Source: Bugula neritina
Taxonomy: Eukaryota; Animalia; Bryozoa
Assembly: GCA_964035545.1 (NCBI GenBank)
Contig: OZ037767.1
Location: forward strand, 13,501,801-13,565,800
Reading direction: 5' to 3'
Length of the DNA stretch: 64,000 bases
Under the pieces are notes generated by a model. The model saw nothing but the letters and a program-made list of their open reading frames with translations. It did no database searches and was not told the DNA's origin. Position 1 is the first letter of the stretch. Each line of letters opens with the position of its first letter. Shown here piece after piece: positions 34,917 to 64,000 of the stretch. The translations under genes were made by a program, and so were the position numbers.

Positions 34917-36226
34917 AAGTAATTGTGGGTTTCAACAAGCAAACTCTTCCTACACATAACTGACAAAGCAAAGTTTTGGTGCCATCCAGCACCACCCATC
35001 TGTGTGAGGTGGGATTTTCATCAATTCAAAGAGAAGAGAAACTGCCTTAACCTGCAGGATGACCTAAGATGGGCCTGGTCAAAAGCAGAGTCAGACTTAA
35101 GCAAGCTGCATGGCACAATATTATCAGCTGCAGCCATAACAATAATAACTGAACTGCTCTATGTTTCATAACATAAAACAACGATAATAATACTGTTATC
35201 ATAATTATAATATATGCATATATAATAGAACAAAATATATTGCATTGTATCATATATTCTCATTCAGTAAGTCATAAAATCTTTTCGCTCTTCAAAAGGG
35301 GGGGGAATTAATAGTAAACATTTATGAAAGGGGGGAATAGTAGGGTATCCTGTCAGCTACTAGCACTAACCACTTCTCCTCGTGGGTGCCGGAAGATGTT
35401 GTTTATATGTAATGGGTCGGCCCTGATTGGCTGACCAATATCTACTTGTTATTGTCTGGGCTAATTGGCGGGTATTTGTTATGTTGCATTGACTGTATCA
35501 GCCCATGGCACCTGCTGTATGTGAAAAGGAATGACTGAGGTGGAAACGTTATTACATATGTTTAGCAGGGGACAGAGAGGGTTCCACTTCTGCTAGCCAT
35601 TACAACTGTACTATTTTTACCTGCATGTACAGTTTTTATTTAAAATTGTAAAACTTTAATATTCTAACACTATCTAATAATCTAGCTTTCTTATAAGTTA
35701 TACAGTTATAGTATAAGTCAGTGTAGAATAGACATTAAAGAGGAAAAAATAAAATTTATTGCCCTTAACTCAAAATATCGCATTAAAGTATTATCGCAAA
35801 TTTTTTACACACAATCTCAATGCACATATTTATTATTACACATTATGTTTTAGATTTATCATAAACATTATGCACATGGCTGTTTGTAGTTTATTGGTAC
35901 AAAGGAATATTGTTATTGATTTTGAATGGAATAAAATATGTTTATCACGTATTAATGTTGACAACTGGCAGAATACCAGCTGAGATTCACGAGTAGGATT
36001 CACGCTGATTGCAGATCATGTACATGGAGAACCAGCATGGGCTTAGTTTATTGTACTGCAACTTTTAATAACTAATTACATATTATATACATAACCTTTC
36101 AGTTGCTAATGCTGATTATAGTTTATAAATACTTAAAAGGAAACCATAAATAAAAATAAAATTAAGAATTCTTTTGAAATATTTAAAAATTCTTCAAGTA
36201 TAAGGAAACAGTCTGGTATTACAGTT

Positions 36227-39200
36227 ATGATATTCAGCAGACTGCTATTCTTCTGTTACTTACAAGTAAGCCATTAAACAAGCAAACATGACTCACCTGT
36301 CAAAAATATAGTTTCTAAGTCAATTATCCATCTATGACTTGAATTACTTGACTTACTTGATTAACTTGACTCAAGGAACTTGATATTTTTTAACTAGCAA
36401 AGAGTTACCAACATTCTATAAATTTCTGTACGTAGATTAAAAAATAAATATTTATATATATTTAGATTTTGCAAGACTGTTTATACTGTGAAATTAGCTT
36501 TCTGATGTAAATTTAGTCATAAGCCTAAAATGTGTTTTAATATAAAAAGCAAACTATGGGTTATATAAAGGAACAGTAGACCTTAAACTCAGCTTATGCT
36601 TATGTTCACCACTTTTCGCTTCATATAACTTAGATTGGTGCCTTGTAGGTATTGCTGCATATAATATACTGCTCAACAGTGTTGGACAAAGACAAAGTTA
36701 GGTAAATGTTGCTTTCTTCAACTCTTAAGGCAAATTAGTAATTCAATATAGATCAAAACATGCTCAATGATTATGATGAAAGATGATTTTATAATTACGT
36801 TTCAATTTTTTGTAATTATTATTCTCTCTGAAGTAGCTACAAGATAGTGTTTTCAAACACTTCAGTTAGCTGAGCTTCTTAATTTATAAACAGCTTATTC
36901 TTTTAGATTAATATTATTACAATCTACTTTTTATTGGTGATGCTGTAGAAAAAATTATGAATACTTTTATATATGTGGCCCACAAATTGGCATGAGTATT
37001 GTTTAAAGTCATTAGTTGCATGTATGTATATATAAAGTACCTATTAGAAATATTTAATTGTTACACTAAATAATATTAGCTTTATTTTCCTTTACCAAAA
37101 TTTTATGTAATGACTATTAAAAAGATTTTATTGCATTACTCTACTTTCAGAATACGTATCAAAGAATTTAAAGAGTTGGGAGTTGTATTTGCAAACCAAC
37201 CAGTCAAAGATCTTTCTGCGACATCATTCAACGGCAGCAAATACGTTTTAGCGAGAAGTTCACATTCTTTTTTGCTCCTCAGCAAAGGTCTAATTGATGT
37301 AGGAAGCTTTGATGAAACTTCTGACAGTTACTTTAATGTTACCTTACCTGGCAAAGACACAGATGCTGTCGCAGTGAGCGACTCCATTTTGTACACAGAT
37401 AAAAATAGCAGCGCCATACGAATCTACAAAGTCAACGGATTGAGCTGCTGCTCTATTTTTGCTAGAGTGCCAAGTAGCCTTGATCCTACTTTATCTGCAG
37501 ATGACATTTTTCCCGAGTTATTATCTGTTGACCCGGACACCAAAACAGTTTATATAAAACTCAAATCAAAACTGCTTGTAAAACTGAACTTTGAAACAAG
37601 TCAGATCACTGAAGTGTGGAGAAACGATTTTTTTAGCACAAGTCATGAAATGAAATATTTCAACAACTTTCTTTTCTTCATGAATACGACTCAAATTCAT
37701 CGGTTAAACTTGACCAGTTTACAATTAGAACACATTACTGTCAATGAGCAGATCGACTCCAATAGAGAGCAGACCAAGATATCGTTTACAAGAATCTTGT
37801 CCTTTGCATATCTGGGTCATGAAGACTACTACGCTGTGTTAGACAAACGTGATGGGGTGAACAACATTCTATACATACTAAACTTAAACCAGAGAGCCGT
37901 TTACTCTTCATGTTCAACTGGATGCCTTCCTTCCTACTCAACGTCGCTGCTGCTGATCGACAGCACACTGTATTTGGGAGCCAACTCCAGCCTTTTTCAC
38001 ACACCTGGTATCTATTCAGTAAGAAAATGTTAAACATATGTAGGCTTTGCAGCAAATTTTACTTTTTTGTTGGTATAAGCGGTTTCAACTATAACCCACA
38101 TGGATCTCTAATCAAATACTGCCGCTGACATGATAAGCGAATAACAGCATCGGGTAAAACTCCTAAAATTTTTCGACTTTCAAAAAAGTTACAAAATTTG
38201 TATGTATTTCATCATAATAGTATTGTGATCTTCCCATGAAGCAAATAGGGGAATATTTCTGTTAGGTGTCATGTAGCAGCAGTATTGTGACACTTAACAT
38301 AACATTACACTCGTAATCAGTCAGTTTAAGTATTTTTTGAGCTAAGCTCAATCTCAACATCATTTAAATTCCAATTATAATAATCTGCCTCCTAAATAGC
38401 AGCTCCAATCTATTGGACAAATTTAGTTGTAGTTGACTTCATAACTAGAGAAATGCTCGAGTATTACTCTAGCTATAAAGTTATCTACAACTAAATTTGT
38501 CTAATAGGTTATTGACATATATAGGTCAATTAAAACTATAAAGAACAACAATAGGAAAACTTCATAAATTACTAATAAACTGGTGTATAAATTACTTGTA
38601 TGATGTGTTTGACCAGTGCAAGAGGTGTACTGTACTCCTACTCAAAAGTGGATCACTAAAGTAAAAGAAGAGCCTTCTATTCACTTTGAGAGAGCGTACG
38701 AGGCAGTCGAGCCTGGTTACTATACTTACTGGGCCTCATTTGATGACCCTGACACGTGTAACGCTGTTGTGCACTTGAAGCATACCGATCCTTGGAGGTC
38801 AGTGAGTTTATTTTAAGCACATTCTTTTGAGCCCTGAAAAAATAGATCAACTTATGTAAAAGCATTTGAATAGTGAATATGAACCATGGTTGCAATACAG
38901 CATGTTGAGTTAAGTTGGTGAAAAGTTCTTTGTTAAGGTGGTGCTTTGATAGTTTTCCCAGAGTTGTTTTGAAAATAAAACTATTTTTGAAAATTATTAT
39001 AAAAATAAAAATATTACCTGCTTTGGCTTTTGGGTAGATATAAATTGAAATCTAGAAAGCTGCAAAATGTTTACAAGAGCAACATGTAAGAAATTTAAAT
39101 TGTTAAAATCAAAATTTCAATAAATATTTTACACATTTCTCTAGAAGTAGTAGTAGAGGAAAGTTATAATTTCGTTGGGTTCTTACAAGTTAAAATCACT

Positions 39201-42200
39201 CGTTCACTTATCCAGGACCATAAACTGTGGAAACTTTAAATACCGCACGAATGGAAGAAATAGAGTTTTACCAGGAACTGTAGGTTTCCCTGATGTAGAG
39301 CTAGACTTCAGGGAAGAAGGGAACTATGTGTTCTACAATAAAGATATGCCATACACTGAATGCTATGGTTATACAGTAACTGGTATGTGCAGCTTTGTTT
39401 CCTGTGACTGCTCCAGGTTTCTCATACCTCACATTTAATTTGACAACCATTTGGTAGGGGAAACCTGGGTGATATGAACCACCCGGGTGATATGGACCAT
39501 GCATGTTTTGCAGTATCCGAGATTACCAGAAAGTTGGAAAGTGTCTTATTGTTTGCAGATAAGAATATCTAACTTTCTGTCAACATGTTTTAAACTTGTC
39601 TCTTTGTCTTAGAAAATAAAGACACATTTTCTCGTTTTGCTCATTTTCTTATAATTCTTTCACAACTTTTGTGGATTTATTCTCATTGAAAAAAATTACC
39701 TGAAGTAAGGAGCCTGTATGTAAAAATAATGTGTGGAAGGTATGTCTAAATACCCAAATAGTATATATAATACTTGTCCACTCTTTGTCTGTAGGAATTC
39801 AAAATTTTTGGTGACATGATTTTTGGGTGATATGGACCGCCACTTGGTGGGTGATATGGACCATGGATCATATCACATAGCTAATTGAATTTTTCTTTTC
39901 ATATATTTGCTTCGACAAAAATAATACTATTTCTCAAATATTTCAAACAATGCTGAGGCATTAAACCCCTAAATATTGATTAGACAACATTATAGCCAGT
40001 TGCTGTAGAATGTGTGCTTGAAATGTTCATACTCATGCAATGTATTTTAGATGTCAAGATATTCTTCCAAAAACATTTGAAATGTTTGGAGTGAGGAGGC
40101 ACTAAAAGAAGCTATTATACACTTATTTTAGATCTATTGTTTTATGTTATGTTTTATTATAGCAAAATGCATTTTTAACACAAACAAGCTGACTTATTGT
40201 GACGGAATCTGTGGCGGCCCATATCACCCGAAATTTCAAAAAATCTCCGGGTGATATGGTCCACCAATTTTCAGTCATAGCTCAGTCAAGCATCTGTATA
40301 GGAGCTTCAAATTCTGTTAGTATGTCAGTAGAGATAGCACCCACATGTTGCAATACTAATTTTCAATCAACCATAGTCAGTATAGGCTGTGGGCTTAAGT
40401 GGCCCATATCACCCAGGTTTCCCCTACTTATTGTTATAACTAATCCAGTAAAGTAAGCATATGCTTTTAGCGAATTAGTCAACTATTTAGGCAAATTATA
40501 AATGCATGCAGAAATATTATTTGGTGAACTCAGAACATTATTTTCAACTGCTGTGTTAGATTTTTCAATGATGAAATTGTACTTTTTGTTTAATCACTTT
40601 CACGTCCTAAATTTTCATTCTTTCAATGTTATATACTAAAAGTAATAGCTTTTAAAATAATCAACTATAAAAATTAAGCTTTTTTATGAGCTGATGTACA
40701 TTTTATATCAATTTATTTGTTTTGTTTATTTTCATAGTTATGGACAAATGCAAGTTCTATGGAAGTAGATGTCCATCAAACTCCATTTGTAAAAATGATA
40801 TTGGCGTCATCGGTGGTTATTCGTGCATATGCATCTCTGGCTACCGTAAAACCAATAACACCTGTATAACATGTACGTGTGATCAGCAACAGAATCATTT
40901 ACAGTGTTTTGAAGAATATATTTGTTTGCTAAAATAGGAAGACAAAAAGATTTAGGCCAGTGCCACTTCTACTCATTTGGCATAATATTATGCTGGTGAA
41001 AGCTTTTGGACTTTTATCTGTCAAATAATGAGTAAAAATGGTACTAGCCTAAGAAGTTATTGTAACTGTTGTGTTCATTTAAACACATAATGTGGCTCTA
41101 ATTTGAAAAAGAAATAACAATTGCTTACTTATAATTTCTTTAAATCGTATTGAGTAAAACACGTACTAGCTGTTGGATGACGTATTTCAGATCCCGGCGG
41201 ATGTGGTGGAAGATGCAGTTCACTCCATCGGTGTATTCAGTTTCAAAATAGATTCATGTGCCAATGTAAGCCAGGGTATGTTGGAGATGAGAATAGCTGT
41301 ACAATCCCAGGTAATAATCCTTCTTACACGCGCACACACTCACCACACACACACACACACACACACATACATACCATATGATAGACTATACCGTGATATA
41401 TTTGTGTTGAGTATTTAATTATTACTAGAATTAAAAATTAAATGGCAAATTTAAGTACTAAAATAGCTTTATTTTTGTAAAATAATAGAAACTAGCAGAG
41501 CTACAGAAAAATATTTATTACAATTTACAGTAGTATTTCAGAAAAGATAATATTATGTGAAATATAAAGCTTTAAAAAGAATGTTATATGTTGATATTGT
41601 CATAGTTATCGCTCAGTATTGTCAATATTTTTCAAGCCATTCAACATTTTGAACATGATAAAAGAATTATTTTGATCAATTTGAGTAAACTGAAAACACA
41701 TTATAATCCATTAAATACTTAAAAGGAGGAAAGAAGTTTTAATTGTTCGTTTTGATATTTTATACTTCTAGATGAATGTGGGAACAGATGTAGCTACCTA
41801 CATCATTGTACCCTAGCATATGGCAGGCATGTATGTCAGTGTAAACAGGGCTATGTTGGAGACAGAATTCAATGTGTACCTTTGACAAAAGCAGGAACAA
41901 AAGGTACTGTATAATAAGTGTGTGTAATGCTGTATAAGTGTGTATAAAACTGTATAACTAGTGTGTGTAATACTGTATAATAAGTGTGTGTAATACTGTA
42001 TAATAAGTGTGTATAATACTGTATAATAAGTGTTTTATAATACTGTATAACTAGTGTGTAATACTGTATAATAAGTGTGTGTAATACTGTATAAAAAGTG
42101 TTTTATAATACTGTATAACTAGTGTGTGTAATACTGTATAATAAGTGTGTGTAATACTGTATAATAAGTGTGTATAATACTGTATAATAAGTGTTTTATA

Positions 42201-42552
42201 ATACTGTATAACTAGTGTGTGTAATACTGTATAATAAGTGTGTGTTTGGTGCGTATGTGTTCAATGAAATATGTATTAAAATCATAGTAGCTTACTGAGG
42301 TAAGGTAATACTGTTTTTTCACTTACAGTAAATAAAATTTGCATTTAAAATTGTGAACAGCAATTGATTGATGAAAAACAGGCATTTTAGACATGAATAT
42401 GTTGATGTTTATCCTGTTCAGATGAGTTTTGTTAAAAATTGTTCAGAAATTTAATTATTTTTGTAGGAGCTGCTTACAGAGTACAAGGAAGTCTAGCAGC
42501 TAATATTACAGTTATTCTTATAATTTTCTTTTTTGGTCACATCCTGGAATAG
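36227..42552 (+). CDS. Putative GPI-anchored paralogue: signal peptide, beta-propeller, 4-Cys module, 3 EGF-like repeats (589 aa, 9 exons)
   Basis: Exons 36227-36265 (MIFSRLLFFCYLQ), 36649-36701 (VLLHIIYC/STV..), 37151-38007, 38617-38797, 39216-39382, 40738-40872, 41191-41310, 41772-41903 and 42467-42552 (GAAYRVQGSLAANITVILIIFFFGHILE*) give a 1770-nt open frame. Intron phases 0,2,1,2,1,1.. are the same as in the 10616-32724 gene. Shared motifs: RIR(L/I), D.DAV.V..S...TD....IR, CC.(V/I)(Y/F)A, P..L.VD, YC....KW, G.YVFY. Confidence 0.88.
38407..38510. repeat. Imperfect palindrome
   Basis: CTATTGGACAAATTTAGTTGTAG..ATAACTAGAG pairs with CTCTAGCTAT..CTACAACTAAATTTGTCTAATAG. Confidence 0.8.
39457..40424. 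mobile_element. ~970-bp non-autonomous DNA transposon (MITE), Tc1/mariner-pogo-like
   Basis: TIRs GGGGAAACCTGGGTGATATG / CATATCACCCAGGTTTCCCC, each flanked by TA. Internal copies of GGGTGATATGGACC at ~39485, 39826, 39849, 40249 and inverted at ~40218. No transposase ORF. Confidence 0.85.
41905..42245. repeat. 22-bp minisatellite TACTGTATAATAAGTGTGTGTAA
   Basis: ~15 units beginning at the donor at 41904. Confidence 0.95.
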
Positions 42553-42822
42553 CTAGTTACAAAACTACTGTGTGAACTGAGAAGTGGACAAGTTAGAGCG
42601 CCACTTTAGTTGGATTAAAAGAATAGATTTTCTCATTACTGTATCATATAAACAGAGGGTGTGATATAAAATATAACAAGCTTTTATTTGGCAGTATTTA
42701 ATAAAATATTATAACATACAGTAATATATTAAAGTTAGCTGTGAGTTGAAAGTTATGATTACAAAACTTTCAGTAAGGTAACATGCTACCATCAGAATGA
42801 TATCGTAACTCCTCAGTGTGAG

Positions 42823-62753
<19,931 letters not shown>

Positions 62754-63682
62754 GGCAACTCAGATGTAAGTCTTGTCTTATATCCAAACCTAAAGTATAC
62801 ACATTGATGTTTACAAAGGAAGGATAACAACTTGCAAGATATGGAGATAGCAATGAGAAAAATGACTATTACCAATGCTATAAGCACAGTTGCAGGAAAG
62901 TTTCATGGAGATTTCATACATCTAGATGATGTGCATAGAAGAGTCAGCATTATTTTCTGCTTTTGCAGAATCATGATCAGAGTGGCACTTTTTACATTCT
63001 ATTATAATCAATTATTCAATTATAAAAAAGTGTTACTTGCAGTTGTATAATTGCTAGTTGTTACATTGATATTAAAATAAAACTGGCATAGTTTGCTTAA
63101 AAAGTATCCAAGATTCTTAAAATGAATTGTAATTATAAGAAAACTTGAATATGGTCAACTAAAGTAATAGTTGATCACTTGATGCCAAAATGAATATGGT
63201 CCTTGACCTTTGCATTACTTGGTCTTAATCTTCGCAACACCAATAACTTTAATTTCAACTCATTATCATTATGATTATGATTACAAATACCTATAAGTAT
63301 AAGCCTAAGGCATTATGATCAGGCTAAAGTATGAGTGACTATAACTATTACTATTACTATTAGTATTAGTATAACATTAACTATTACGTATTACTATTAC
63401 TATTAGTGTTATAATAATTATTAAATGTAATATTCCTTAAATTCGTATTAATTATCAAATTTAATAATTAGAATTTAAATTATAATTATCAATATTTGAG
63501 ATTAAATATTTATATTATTTTAATGTTAAAAACTAACACTTAAAATTCAAGACAACGTAATTTACTAATTAGTAATTATAAAACTTAAACTTAAAGTTGA
63601 AGACTAAAGATCAAACTTCAAAGACTAAGACTAAGAGAACTAAGTAGACACTGACGGGTACCCATACCGGCCGTACTGGTAG

Positions 63683-64000
63683 TTTATTATTATTATTACC
63701 TCAGTTGAGGTAGGACTTCCGCAGCAACTGGAAAGTCTATAGGGAAGCCTCTAGTGAAAACTTACATTGGACCAGGGTTAGCACTAGTTACAGCATTTGC
63801 TGTTTCGTAATTAGTTATTATATTCTCCGCGCATTTCACGAATTGTTCGTGGTAGAAAACTAGTGTGGAATAAGTTTTTCCTAGATGATATAGAGATAAG
63901 CTCTCCTCTGGCAGCCGCTCGAGTGGTTACAGTTACAAGTTCCCTGCCTTCAATTATTTCGTCATAGGCTCTGGATAGAGACTGGTGCTGATCCTCATTT
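63683..64000 (-). mobile_element. 3' end of a CR1/L2-group LINE retrotransposon
   Basis: Open minus frame from the window edge ...TRAAARGELISISSRKNLFHTSFLPRTIREMRG...* (stop at 63762-63764) matches the SF(F/L)PRTI.EWN C-terminal motif of CR1-group ORF2. Short 3' UTR ends in a (TAA)n tail at ~63683-63698. Confidence 0.75.

Larger units (their letters stand above)
33270..35345 (+). mobile_element. Decayed hAT (Buster/Charlie-type) DNA transposon with transposase remnants
   Basis: Left end CAGTGGATCCCAACCT is preceded by ACATAGGG (nnnTAnnn target pattern). Broken frames encode YLMNIFTTLNNLNLKMQ (~34100), SEELQKDFIELVHNSAMK (~34530), PSSTTHLCEVGFS (~34980) and KRNCLNLQDDLR (~35035), matching Buster-type motifs AYL.DIF..LN.LNL.LQ, TTYLCE.GFS and K.RN.L...DLR. 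The right end is uncertain. Confidence 0.8.

Overview
AT-rich, intron-rich animal (invertebrate) genomic DNA with no prokaryotic features. I reconstructed exons by eye from splice signals and reading-frame continuity. Plus strand: (1) the last three exons of a secreted hemicentin/VWA7-type vWA gene at 79-705. (2) A complete, recently duplicated tandem copy of that gene at 5517-9756 (12 coding exons, 463 aa, GC-AG first coding intron, degenerate MIDAS, two furin-type sites, C-terminal DWSWLF). (3) A ~1485-aa surface protein at 10616-32724: signal peptide, NHL-like beta-propeller on one large exon, a two-exon 4-Cys module, 25 EGF/cbEGF exons and a hydrophobic GPI-like tail. (4) A strongly diverged 589-aa tandem paralogue at 36227-42552 with the same intron phases but only 3 EGFs. 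Minus strand: KNTC1/Rod at 42823-62753 (~34 exons), tail-to-tail with gene 4 and apparently shortened at both termini, plus the 3' end of a CR1-group LINE at the window edge. Introns and intergenic DNA hold six copies of a tRNA-headed SINE, a decayed hAT (Buster-type) transposon with nested insertions, a TA-flanked MITE, a 2.4-kb foldback element with ~590-bp arms, several palindromes and many mini/microsatellites. The best candidate for an undescribed system is the tandem pair of putatively GPI-anchored 'propeller on a variable EGF stalk' genes beside the duplicated secreted vWA genes. Homology calls rest on remembered family motifs, not database searches.
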